Positions 19,061-27,792 of a stretch of 64,000 bases of DNA are shown piece by piece. This DNA is from a virus, in IMG/VR virus record IMGVR_UViG_3300025645_000054, positions 12,799-76,798 of that record; one strand, written 5' to 3'. Each line of letters starts with the position of its first letter. Position 1 is the stretch's first letter. The notes beneath the pieces were generated by a model. The model was not told the DNA's origin and ran no database searches. It was given only the letters and a program-made list of their open reading frames with translations. The position numbers and the translations under genes were made by a program.

Positions 19061-21480
19061 ACGAGACAATTTTCGCCAACACCAGCGGTCCCTATTATGC
19101 CAAAGGCATGCCGGTCATCCCGCTGCATGTCCGCGAGAAGCGTCCGATCCCGCTGGACTGGTCCCGCTACCACAACCACGCGGTGGAGCCGGAACAGCAG
19201 GCCGAGTGGCAGCAGTCCTATGCGACCGGGAACATCGGTTTGGTTCTGGGCCAGCAGTCCGGGGTGGTGATGATCGACATCGACACCGAGGATCTGAACC
19301 TGATCAAGATGCTGGAACAGATCCTGCCGCATTCCCCATGGAAGCGGATCGGGGCCAAGGGGATGGTGCTGGCCTACCGCTGGTGCGGGGTCCGGACCTT
19401 CCGGATCAAGGACTCGAAAGGGGACACGATCTGTGAGCACCTGTCGGACCGGACGCAGGTGGTGATCCCGCCCTCGATCCACCCGACGACGCAGAAGCCC
19501 TATGTCGCCAACTGTGAGCTGGTGGATGTGCTCGACAGACTGCCGATCCTGCCCGAGGACATTGAGCAGATCCTGCGCGAGAGCCTGCGACAGGCCGGGG
19601 TGGAGCTGAGTGTCTCTGGCCGCAGCAAATCGACGGACTTCGTGTCCAAGGGGAGCCGGGATGTCACGCTGACGGAGATGGCCGGCCTGTTTGCCTATGC
19701 GGTCCTGCGCGGGGAGCGGTGCCTGATCGAGTCGGTCGGCATGCTGCGGTCCTTTGAGAGCGAGTTCGTGGAGAAGGTCGCCGGCGACGACATGGAAGCG
19801 CCAAAGCACGTCGACAACCTGTTGCGCTTCCTGCGCCGGGATGTGCTGGAGAAGGGCCGGATCCTGCCAGAAGGCTGGGATGAAGGCATGACGCAGCAGA
19901 TGAAGGTCGAGTGGGGCGTCGACTTCGACAAGGATCAGGAGGAGTGGTCGTTCGAAGAGATGATCGACTTCCTCAAGAGCAAGTTTGAGGCCCACGCGGT
20001 GGAGTCCAAGGGCCGCGCCGATGCCGTGGAAAAGATCCTGGAGCGGATCGCGCGTCACGCCACGCTGTCCAAGTTGGATGAAGAGCGGCTGATGCAGTAT
20101 ATCGTCGATGTCTCGGGCCTGCGCCTGAAGATGACGGCGTTGCGGGCGCGGATGCGTGAGCTGCGGTCGGGGGACATCGCCGGTCAGGACCACAGTGAGA
20201 TTGCCAAGGCCGTTTTGGAGGATCTGGAGCAGATCCACGAGGTGCGCCGGTACGGGGGCTCGATCTGGAAGTATATCGGCTCTCATTGGGAGCAGATGGA
20301 GGATGCGGACCTGATGGCGCGGGTGGCCCGGGACTATGGGCACCTCGACGCCGCGCGGCGGCACTCGGATCACCGTGGGATCTACGCGACCATGCTGAAC
20401 CTCGCCGAAGAGGGTATTTGCCGGGATCCACAGCAGGGGGTGAACTTCGCCAACGGGTTCTTGAACGAAGAGCTCGAGTTGGTGCCCCATAACAGCGACT
20501 TTGGCATGGTTTACACCCTTCCCTTCCGGTATTTGCCCGAATTGAGCGGCAAATCGCACCAATTCTTCGAGTTTTTGGACGGTTGTTGGGGCAAAGATGT
20601 CGACAAAATGGATAAAATAGCGGCCCTTCAGGAGGGTTTATGCGTCACTTTGTTTGGCATGGGGCCAGATTACCAGAAGGTGATGTTGCTCAAGGGCGTG
20701 GCCAAGAGTGGCAAAAGTCAGCTGCTGACCATCGCTCAGAGCCTTGTGCCCGATGATGCCAAGTGTTTTGTGCCCCCGCATGACTGGGCCGACCGCTTTT
20801 TGCCCACCCAGATGCATGGCAAGCTGATCAACATCTGCGGGGAGCTCTCGGAGAAGAAGAAGATCGATGGCATGCGGTTCAAAGACATCGTGGACGGGGC
20901 CGAGATGTCCGGTCAGCTGAAGGGGCGGGACATTTTCAAGTTCCGGCCGCGCTGCACCCACTGGTTCGCGTCCAATCACACGCCCAAGACTGAGGATTCC
21001 AGTGCGGGGTTCAATCGCCGCTGGCTGATCTTCGAGTTCAATCATCCGGTGAAGGCGTCGACCCGCAAGATCAACATCGGGGAGACGATCGTGGCCGAGG
21101 AGCGGGAGGCCATTGTTGCGTGGGCGGTGCAGGCCATGGCCCGTCTGAAGGACACCAATGAATACACCCTGCCGGCCAGCCACACCCAGTTGATAGAGGA
21201 GATCGCTCAGGCGAACAATTCAGTACGTTTTTTTATCGAGACCTCGCCCAAACTGCATTTGGTCGGGGAGAGCTTGGGCCGCACATCCGAAAACAAGCTG
21301 TACAAAGAGTACTGGAGCTTCTGTCTGGGACCGGGGGGTGCCAGGCCTGTGGGTTCGAGGCACTTCAGGGGGATGATGCGGGAACTGCAGAGCGAGAAGA
21401 ACTTCTCTTTGGTCCTCGAACGGACGCAGGTGGGAGCACAGGAAGCATTCTACGACGGGCTCACAGTTGCAAACGGCTGA
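19057..21480 (+). CDS. bifunctional Prim-Pol primase / D5-like SF3 helicase
   Basis: N-terminal KRP..W...GNIGLVLG...IDID Prim-Pol motifs; D5_N region (VNFANG); Walker A GVAKSGKS, FASNH, RRWLIFEF. Confidence 0.9.
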   Translation: MNETIFANTSGPYYAKGMPVIPLHVREKRPIPLDWSRYHNHAVEPEQQAEWQQSYATGNIGLVLGQQSGVVMIDIDTEDLNLIKMLEQILPHSPWKRIGAKGMVLAYRWCGVRTFRIKDSKGDTICEHLSDRTQVVIPPSIHPTTQKPYVANCELVDVLDRLPILPEDIEQILRESLRQAGVELSVSGRSKSTDFVSKGSRDVTLTEMAGLFAYAVLRGERCLIESVGMLRSFESEFVEKVAGDDMEAPKHVDNLLRFLRRDVLEKGRILPEGWDEGMTQQMKVEWGVDFDKDQEEWSFEEMIDFLKSKFEAHAVESKGRADAVEKILERIARHATLSKLDEERLMQYIVDVSGLRLKMTALRARMRELRSGDIAGQDHSEIAKAVLEDLEQIHEVRRYGGSIWKYIGSHWEQMEDADLMARVARDYGHLDAARRHSDHRGIYATMLNLAEEGICRDPQQGVNFANGFLNEELELVPHNSDFGMVYTLPFRYLPELSGKSHQFFEFLDGCWGKDVDKMDKIAALQEGLCVTLFGMGPDYQKVMLLKGVAKSGKSQLLTIAQSLVPDDAKCFVPPHDWADRFLPTQMHGKLINICGELSEKKKIDGMRFKDIVDGAEMSGQLKGRDIFKFRPRCTHWFASNHTPKTEDSSAGFNRRWLIFEFNHPVKASTRKINIGETIVAEEREAIVAWAVQAMARLKDTNEYTLPASHTQLIEEIAQANNSVRFFIETSPKLHLVGESLGRTSENKLYKEYWSFCLGPGGARPVGSRHFRGMMRELQSEKNFSLVLERTQVGAQEAFYDGLTVANG

Positions 21481-21590
21481 ATGGAAGAGTGGTCGCGATC
21501 GATCGCGGCGAGTGGCGGGAATACCTCAAGTGGTTGTTGATAGAGAAGGGGCGGTATGATGATGAGCTGAGGGACGTGGATTGAGGAAAG

Positions 21591-21613
21591 AGGGGCCCTG
21601 CGGGGCCCCTTTT
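21591..21613 (+). terminator. intrinsic terminator after the primase
   Basis: AGGGGCCC-TGCG-GGGCCCCT followed by a T-run. Confidence 0.8.
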
Positions 21614-21799
21614 GGTTTATTGTGGTTCATGGCAAAACTCAAAAATTATTGAGATATGTCAGTGGCATAGCAGGCTAAAGCCGTTGCCGATTGGTCAAAA
21701 TAGGGGGTATGGTTGGACTAGGCCGGGTGGCTAGGGCGCAGTGTGTCCTTTTTGCAACACCTCCCGCGCCTGCCCATTGGCCCTAGGGCCGCACCCAAA

Positions 21800-21816
21800 C
21801 TGCGCAAGTTGCGCAA
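21800..21816. promoter_or_regulatory. palindromic operator variant CTGCGCAAGTTGCGCAA
   Basis: Degenerate copy of TTGCGTAA-N-TTACGCAA, 21 nt before ATG 21838. Confidence 0.55.
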
Positions 21817-21837
21817 TTATCCAAGTAGGAACACAAG

Positions 21838-22689
21838 ATGACCAACAAGCAAACAACCACCGCATTGACCGCCTATACCGCTTCACATATCGAATCCGCG
21901 TCCAAAGCCAGCGTTCAAGCGGTCTGCGCTATGATCCTTTGGGGCGCGCATAACCCCGGCGAGTGGATTGAAACCGTATCTGGCAAAACGCCTAAGGCGT
22001 TCAAGGCGTTCAAAGTATCCATTGAAGCCACGGCCGGCGCGGACCGGACGCGTCAGGTAGTGACCGTTGCCAAGAAAGCCTTTGCCTTGCTGGCAGGCGT
22101 GGCAGGCAATGAAAAGGCATTGCGGGACGACGCCGCTATGCGCAAGGACGTGGCTGACCTTTGTAACCGCCTTGTTACATCGTTTGCGGGGCTGACCGTA
22201 GGTCAGGCGATTGAGTCCGACACTGGCCTTTTCACAATGGTGACTGGTGCAAGCGCTGATAGCATGGCTGGCATCAAGGCGGCATATAGCGCGGCCCTTG
22301 ACGCTGATACGCCTGCAGAAGCGCCTGCACCTGCACCTGAATCGGTTGACGTGACCGACGCGGACGCGGACGTTGACGAAAGCCAAGCAACCATTGCCAT
22401 GGATACCAAGTCAGGCGCGAAAAGCGCGATAGATGACGCCATTGCCTTGCTTGCTAGTGTTGTCGCGCATGGCCACGCCGATCAAGCCAGCGCCAAGGCA
22501 ATCAAGGCAATGGCTGACTTTATTGTTCAGGCGGGCAAGCCAAGCGCCTTGCTCTATGCCTTTGACCAATTGGTCGCGGATGCGGCCGATGACATCCCGC
22601 GCTTGGAAGGCATGGTAGCCAGCACGTCCGAGGCGCTGGCAGAGAGCAAGGTGCAAACATGCGGCCCGATTCCCGCAATGGTTGGATGA
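21838..22689 (+). CDS. Ala-rich hypothetical protein (candidate pre-early gene)
   Basis: 283-aa ORF with AGGA SD, upstream operator and distinct word usage. Confidence 0.8.
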   Translation: MTNKQTTTALTAYTASHIESASKASVQAVCAMILWGAHNPGEWIETVSGKTPKAFKAFKVSIEATAGADRTRQVVTVAKKAFALLAGVAGNEKALRDDAAMRKDVADLCNRLVTSFAGLTVGQAIESDTGLFTMVTGASADSMAGIKAAYSAALDADTPAEAPAPAPESVDVTDADADVDESQATIAMDTKSGAKSAIDDAIALLASVVAHGHADQASAKAIKAMADFIVQAGKPSALLYAFDQLVADAADDIPRLEGMVASTSEALAESKVQTCGPIPAMVG

Positions 22690-22730
22690 ATCACAAGCCC
22701 ATGGGGCGTGGCAGAAATGCCACGCCTAGG

Positions 22731-22772
22731 GTGATATTTTTATCACACCGATCGGTGTGATCAAAATGTCAC
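22731..22772. repeat. 42-bp imperfect palindrome made of two GTGA-N8-TCAC boxes
   Basis: GTGATATTTTTATCACACCGA|TCGGTGTGATCAAAATGTCAC; 19 of 21 positions complementary. Confidence 0.9.
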
Positions 22773-22784
22773 TATTTCTTCGCG

Positions 22785-22850
<66 letters not shown>

Positions 22851-22937
22851 TAGGCCCGGGCCTATATACGCGCGTCTACGTGTAGGCCCGCGAGGTTTCT
22901 TCTTAAGAACGCGACCCTCAGTAATTTGAAAATGTTT

Positions 22938-22954
22938 TTGCGTAAGTTACGCAA
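22938..22954. promoter_or_regulatory. 17-bp palindromic operator TTGCGTAAGTTACGCAA
   Basis: Perfect 8+1+8 palindrome repeated at 23753, 25997 and 28817. Confidence 0.8.
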
Positions 22955-22974
22955 TTTTTCCGGGAGCCAAAACC

Positions 22975-23124
22975 ATGTGGCAGCTACTTTCCATCCGCAA
23001 AAATTTCTACGAGACCGAAGAAGTCCTCGTGTGGATCAAGTCCAAGGAGGCAATCCTGCCCCTGATGGACCTCTTAGGGGTCGATGCCGCCACCCTGAGA
23101 CCCCTACCTACGAGCGAGGGCTGA
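22975..23124 (+). CDS. 49-aa small protein (not in the ORF track)
   Basis: MWQLLSIRKNFYETEEVLVWIKSKEAILPLMDLLGVDAATLRPLPTSEG; GGGAG SD; directly after an operator. Confidence 0.55.
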   Translation: MWQLLSIRKNFYETEEVLVWIKSKEAILPLMDLLGVDAATLRPLPTSEG

Positions 23125-23685
23125 GGGGCGTTTGCAGCTTTAAGAAGAAGGCTGTTTCCTAAGAAGTTGTGTGGGCCTCGGCAAATGCAACCTGTAGCGG
23201 GTACGGAGTTAACATAATAAAGGACTTTTCGGCCTTATTTTTGGGGTGGGAGAGTGATTTGGAGTTTGTGCAAGCGAGAGTTGCATTGTTTCTTTTCAAT
23301 GGCTTAGGGCCTTGGGCGTCGGTTTTGCCTGTCAAGTAGATTTTGGCCCTTGGCCAGTAGGGTCCGCATTCAGCGGGGTATAACCCATTGATTTCAAATC
23401 GAACTTTGGACGTTTCTATGCAATCTCTTCTTATTTTTCTTTCTTAAAAGTGGGATAGAAAGAAAGAAGTAAAGAGAGGAAGGGAATTTGGAGATTGCTG
23501 GGAAAAGTAAATATTTTAGTTAGAGAAATTTCACTTCTCTTCTATCCCGCTTTTGAAATTGTCATCCGTGACAGGCCAGTCTGGTCCGGTGTGGGTTTTG
23601 TTCCACCCTTGGGCCACCGGAGTACTCTGGCCTGTCTCGCGTGACAATAGGTTCCCTTGGCCCCCGTCCAAGATCCTATCTCGAC

Positions 23686-23872
23686 CAAGACCCTAGACCA
23701 CGACCCCGATCCGAGAGGATTTCACGACCACGACCACGACCCCGATCCAAGATTGCGTAAGTTACGCAATTCCATTCCGAGAGGAACTCAAGACCCTAGA
23801 CCACGACCCCGATCCGAGAGGATTTCACGACCACAACCCAAGATTGCGTAACATTCCGAGAGGAACTCAAGA
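23686..23872 (+). repeat. tandem duplication of operator/leader unit (period 103 bp)
   Basis: 46-bp exact repeat at 23686-23731 and 23789-23834; CATTCCGAGAGGAACTCAAGA twice; one full and one half operator. Confidence 0.9.
23753..23769. promoter_or_regulatory. 17-bp palindromic operator
   Basis: TTGCGTAAGTTACGCAA. Confidence 0.8.
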
Positions 23873-24225
23873 TGCTTTTACTATGCCTAGCCCTCAATAT
23901 CTACCACGAGGCCCGAGGGGAGCCGATCACAGGCCAGGAGCTGGTCGCCTCTGTTACGCTGAACCGCGTAGCAAGCCCCCTATACCCCGACAACGTCTGC
24001 GATGTGGTCTACCAGCCCCGCCAGTTCGCATGGACCGCAGACCCACCCCCAGTGACCGACACGCAGGCCTTCTACACGGCCCTGATGATCGCATGGGATG
24101 CCCAACCCATCAACGAGGCCACCCACTTCTACAGTGGCCCTGCGCCCTATTGGACGCGACACCCAGATTTTCAACTTGTCGGCCGCGTTTCTGGCCACAC
24201 CTTTTACAAGGAGACACGCCCGTGA
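23872..24225 (+). CDS. SleB-like cell wall hydrolase (Hydrolase_2)
   Basis: CLALNIYHEARGE..GQ.LVA.VTLNRV....PDNVCDVVYQ..QF.W...ATHFY...GHTFY. Confidence 0.9.
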   Translation: MLLLCLALNIYHEARGEPITGQELVASVTLNRVASPLYPDNVCDVVYQPRQFAWTADPPPVTDTQAFYTALMIAWDAQPINEATHFYSGPAPYWTRHPDFQLVGRVSGHTFYKETRP

Positions 24226-24680
24226 CTTTCATCGTGCACTTCGATCAAGACTCCATGAACCCCCGACAGGAGTTCGACCACCTCGGGACACTCGCTATCC
24301 TAGGGTATGGGGGCGATGAGGCCCCAGACCCTCACAACCCCCCACACGACGCCATCATGCTCCCTGTGTACCGCTACCAGCACTCGGGCGTGGCCTACAG
24401 CACCACGCCCTTCCACTGCCCATGGGACAGCGGCCAGACGGGATACATCTACGTGTACCGGTCCACCGTCCGCAAAGAATTCAACGTCAAACGGATAAGC
24501 CCCAAGCTCCACGATCGGGTCCTCGAGATCCTCCGTTCGGAAGTCGAGGAGTTCTCCTCGTGGAGTAATGGTGAGGTCTACGGATTCACCAACAATGAAA
24601 CAGATGACTCATGCTGGGGCTTCTATGGCCTCGAGTCCTTGATCGCAGAGATTGGAGATAATTATGAATTTGCCCAATAA
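24222..24680 (+). CDS. hypothetical protein
   Basis: GTGA overlap start; LPVYRYQHSG...WDSGQTGYIY. Confidence 0.75.
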   Translation: MTFIVHFDQDSMNPRQEFDHLGTLAILGYGGDEAPDPHNPPHDAIMLPVYRYQHSGVAYSTTPFHCPWDSGQTGYIYVYRSTVRKEFNVKRISPKLHDRVLEILRSEVEEFSSWSNGEVYGFTNNETDDSCWGFYGLESLIAEIGDNYEFAQ

Positions 24681-25026
24681 AGTATTGGCCCTGCAGACCA
24701 AACTGGTCAGCACACTCGGCAAGCAGCCCTATATCGACGCCCACCTCCTCGTCACTCCTGCCACCGAATCCCCGTACCAGATCTACTGGTACGGCGACAA
24801 CATCAACGAGGCCACCCGCCTCAACCACACCTCCCTCGACCAGCTCTTCCTTGATGCACACCATCTCCTAGACACCATGCCCACGGAAGAGGAGCGCGAA
24901 CGTCAGATTTTTGAAACCAATCTGCGGAAGCTGATCGACGAGGCCCCGGCCGGGGTCGACGTCACCCTGCTGCAAACTTTCCAATCCGGGTTTGCCAGCA
25001 ACCAGATCGAAGGACCCCGCTCATGA
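24664..25026 (+). CDS. hypothetical protein
   Basis: GGAG SD, coupled to neighbours. Confidence 0.7.
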   Translation: MNLPNKVLALQTKLVSTLGKQPYIDAHLLVTPATESPYQIYWYGDNINEATRLNHTSLDQLFLDAHHLLDTMPTEEERERQIFETNLRKLIDEAPAGVDVTLLQTFQSGFASNQIEGPRS

Positions 25027-25658
25027 AGGTCCTCATTGGCTGCGAGTGCAGCGGTGTCGTGCGTGATGCGTTCTTGGCCCAAGGCCACGACGCATGGTCC
25101 TGCGACATCAAACCCGCCGACACCCCCTCGAACCGTCACATCCAAGGCGACATCCTTGACGTCATGGAAGACAGCTCTTGGGATTTCCTTGCCGTGATGC
25201 ACCCTCCGTGTACCCGGCTGTGCAACTCCGGGGTCCGTTGGCTCTCCTCCCCGCCCCCGGGCCGGACCCTTGAAGAAATGTGGGCCGAACTGGACCAAGG
25301 CGCGGAGCTGTTTTCCAAAGTGTGGAACACCACCATCCCCCGTGTCGCGGTGGAGAACCCGGTCATGCACAAACATGCCAAGGCCCGGATCGAGAACTTC
25401 CAGCCTCACTCTCAATCCGTGCAGCCTTGGCAATTTGGCACGGACCCAGAGGGGCCAGACAACGAGAAGAAGCGGACCTGCCTCTGGCTCCGCAATCTGC
25501 CCCTGCTCCAACCCACCGGCACCTTGGACGGAACCCAAGCCCGGTCCTCCGTCCACCATGCGTCACCCGGACCCGATCGCGCAGCCCTGCGCTCCAAGTT
25601 CTTCCCGGGCCTAGCCCAAGCCATGGCCGAACAGTGGGGCCAAGCCAATGCCTGCTGA
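25023..25658 (+). CDS. short orphan DNA cytosine-5 methyltransferase-like protein
   Basis: VLIGCECSG (motif I variant), SCDI, HPPC (motif IV), ENP (motif VI). Confidence 0.75.
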   Translation: MKVLIGCECSGVVRDAFLAQGHDAWSCDIKPADTPSNRHIQGDILDVMEDSSWDFLAVMHPPCTRLCNSGVRWLSSPPPGRTLEEMWAELDQGAELFSKVWNTTIPRVAVENPVMHKHAKARIENFQPHSQSVQPWQFGTDPEGPDNEKKRTCLWLRNLPLLQPTGTLDGTQARSSVHHASPGPDRAALRSKFFPGLAQAMAEQWGQANAC

Positions 25659-26004
25659 AAATGAAGTCGATCTATCGGTGTTGAGCCGTGACCGTCAACT
25701 ACTGCCTCATCCAAAGTTCACGAACTATTTGATCAGTGATCGGGGGGATGTCGTTACCCTATTCTTCAAGAAGCCTCGACTCCGCAAAGGCTCCAAATCC
25801 AAAGACGGGTATCTGGTGGTTTCCATATCGGTCGAGCACCAGCGGGTTGTATCCCGCCGGATCCACAGGCTCGTGGCCGAAACCTTCATCCCTAATCCAG
25901 AGAACAAACCCTGTGTCCGTCATCTGGATGGGGACAAAACCAACAATCGCGTCCCCAACCTTGCTTGGGGGACCCACGCCGAAATGGAAGAAGGAATTGC
26001 GTAA
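25648..26004 (+). CDS. NUMOD4-HNH homing endonuclease, probably C-terminally truncated
   Basis: [41 protein letters not shown]; lacks the final motif Asn and runs into an operator. Confidence 0.8.
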   Translation: MPAENEVDLSVLSRDRQLLPHPKFTNYLISDRGDVVTLFFKKPRLRKGSKSKDGYLVVSISVEHQRVVSRRIHRLVAETFIPNPENKPCVRHLDGDKTNNRVPNLAWGTHAEMEEGIA

Positions 26005-26013
26005 CTTACGCAA
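25997..26013. promoter_or_regulatory. 17-bp palindromic operator
   Basis: TTGCGTAACTTACGCAA; palindrome extends to 25994-26016. Confidence 0.8.
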
Positions 26014-26049
26014 TTCTCCTTCCCCTCTCCTCAGAAAGGAACCTATCCA

Positions 26050-26403
26050 ATGAACATCTCCGAACTCTTCGACACCGCCATTGCCGGCCTCGAGGCCCAG
26101 ACCGAGAAGTCCAGCACACCCGGTACGGACCTGTGCCAGTATCATGGCCCCCACGGCACCAAGTGCCTCTTCGGCCACATGATGGACGCTGTACCCGACA
26201 CTATGAACACAGAGACCATCGGGTCCAATGTTATCTTGAAGCTCATCAGAGAATCCAGCGGTGTGGACCTGCTGGACACATTGAAAGCGGCAGACCTCGT
26301 GGCCCTCCAAGACATTCACGACGTCGACTGGAAAGTGGGCTACCCATTCCGCCCCCTGATCCCGGGACACCTGCAACTCAAAATTTGGGGAGATGTCCAA
26401 TGA
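26050..26403 (+). CDS. hypothetical protein, paralog 1
   Basis: LFDTAIA.LE.QTEKS...CQY.GPHGTKCLFGHM...LQ.IHD..WK.G.PFRPLIP.HLQLKIWG shared with the next gene. Confidence 0.8.
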   Translation: MNISELFDTAIAGLEAQTEKSSTPGTDLCQYHGPHGTKCLFGHMMDAVPDTMNTETIGSNVILKLIRESSGVDLLDTLKAADLVALQDIHDVDWKVGYPFRPLIPGHLQLKIWGDVQ

Positions 26404-26771
26404 CATCCATCGACCAACTCTTCGACACCGCAATCGCCGCTCTCGAGTCCCAGACCGAGAAGTCCATCAACCCCAACACAGACATGTGCCAGTACCGGGG
26501 CCCCCACGGCACCAAATGTCTCTTCGGCCACATGATCGCCGATGAGCATTACGAAAAAGTCACGGACAAATTCAGCACTCCAGTGTCGGATCCCAAGGTC
26601 CTGGAATCCATTTTCGCCTCCACGGGGGTGGATCTGAGATATACCTCTCTCGTCAATGAGATCAACAACCTCCAAGCAATTCACGATCACAAATGGAAAC
26701 CGGGCCAACCATTCCGGCCCCTGATCCCAGAGCACCTGCAACTCAAAATTTGGGGGGAGGTCATTACATGA
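26400..26771 (+). CDS. hypothetical protein, paralog 2
   Basis: Tandem paralog of 26050-26403, ATGA overlap. Confidence 0.8.
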   Translation: MTSIDQLFDTAIAALESQTEKSINPNTDMCQYRGPHGTKCLFGHMIADEHYEKVTDKFSTPVSDPKVLESIFASTGVDLRYTSLVNEINNLQAIHDHKWKPGQPFRPLIPEHLQLKIWGEVIT

Positions 26772-27025
26772 GCTGCTATCTCCCCATCGACGAGGACACG
26801 CTGGCCCAGACCGCCGAGGCCCTCGAGATCCTCAACCCCCTCGGTCGCACCTCCGCCCACCACATCCGGGACATGATCCGGGCCAACATGAATGAACGGC
26901 CCGGGACCTACCTCGCCACCGCTGGCTGGATCGCTTTCACATGGTGCCCTGAGAACGACCCCGACAACCTCCAAATCCGGGTCGCGATCGAGCCCTACAC
27001 CGCCCTCAAATATCTGAAAGGATAA
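26768..27025 (+). CDS. hypothetical protein
   Basis: GGAGG SD, ATGA overlap. Confidence 0.7.
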   Translation: MSCYLPIDEDTLAQTAEALEILNPLGRTSAHHIRDMIRANMNERPGTYLATAGWIAFTWCPENDPDNLQIRVAIEPYTALKYLKG

Positions 27026-27087
27026 ACCATGAACGTCCGCGACCTCATCTGCCAACTCGAGAACCTCGATCCAGAGGTTCTGATCCT

Positions 27088-27363
27088 ATGACCCAGCGCA
27101 CCAACAAGATCGGCCAGAACCGTGGCAAGCCGCGGCTCTGGATCGAGGGCAAGTTCCTTCAAGAGGCCGGGTTCATACCCCCGCTCCGATACAATTTTGA
27201 AAACAACGTCTTTACCCTCCACCCCGAGGGTAAGCGCAAGATCTCTGGCAAGCCCCAGAGACCCATCATCGACATCACCGGCCGGGACGTTCCCGTTGCC
27301 ACAGCTGTCACCCTGACAATCACCAACCCCGGGGAGATTACCCTTCATGTCCACGAAACTTGA
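27088..27363 (+). CDS. hypothetical protein with weak SymE/AbrB-like pattern
   Basis: PRLWIEGKFLQEAGF resembles the SymE-type P.L.L.G.WL..AGF pattern. Confidence 0.5.
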   Translation: MTQRTNKIGQNRGKPRLWIEGKFLQEAGFIPPLRYNFENNVFTLHPEGKRKISGKPQRPIIDITGRDVPVATAVTLTITNPGEITLHVHET

Positions 27364-27565
27364 CACGCTGGCCACAGATTGGGGCTACGCCGACGCCCAG
27401 CACATGGTCGAAGACTATATATTTGACGGGGTCATGCCCGCCATCTGCCAGAACCCTGGTTGTGACTATTCCACGGAAATGGAACCCGATCAGGATCATG
27501 GGTGGTGCGAAAACTGCTCCACCAACACCCTTCAATCCGCCTCAGTCATGATGGGAATAATCTGA
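27347..27565 (+). CDS. small zinc-ribbon protein
   Basis: CQNPGC...WCENC. Confidence 0.7.
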   Translation: MSTKLDTLATDWGYADAQHMVEDYIFDGVMPAICQNPGCDYSTEMEPDQDHGWCENCSTNTLQSASVMMGII

Positions 27566-27792
27566 TGAAAACTGTCCCCGGCCCCTCCCGGGTCCTTCTG
27601 GCCATCTGGTATGATTATGAGCTCGAGGTCCTGTCCTGCAAGACCGAGAAGGAAGCCATGGCCAGGATTTCCGAAGAGATCGAAGTGATCAGCGAGACCG
27701 GGCCACTCCTCTTCACCGAGGACGAGGCCTGGGAATATATCAACGATCATGGGATCCCCCTGAATTTCAAAATGAGAAAGGAGTACGACTGA
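27565..27792 (+). CDS. hypothetical protein
   Basis: TGATG coupling on both sides. Confidence 0.65.
   Translation: MKTVPGPSRVLLAIWYDYELEVLSCKTEKEAMARISEEIEVISETGPLLFTEDEAWEYINDHGIPLNFKMRKEYD

Noticed and set aside
19015-20562. Long antisense ORFs (515 aa here; also 16485-17618, 28836-29723, 41393-42220, 56655-57545)
   Set aside because: They mirror well-supported genes on the opposite strand, as expected from GC-rich codon bias, and have no SD or recognisable motifs.
22731-22772. Protelomerase (telRL) site of a linear plasmid-prophage
   Set aside because: No protelomerase or partition genes were recognised in the window and an integrase with tRNA attP is present; not fully excluded because part of the genome is missing.
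22926-23851. Track ORFs 22926-23162 and 23657-23851 containing 'LRKLRN'
   Set aside because: The shared peptide is just the translated operator palindrome; these ORFs have TTG starts, no SD and run through repeats.
23686-23872. Possible CRISPR mini-array
   Set aside because: Only two long units, the intervening sequences are themselves repeated rather than unique spacers, and no cas genes were recognised.
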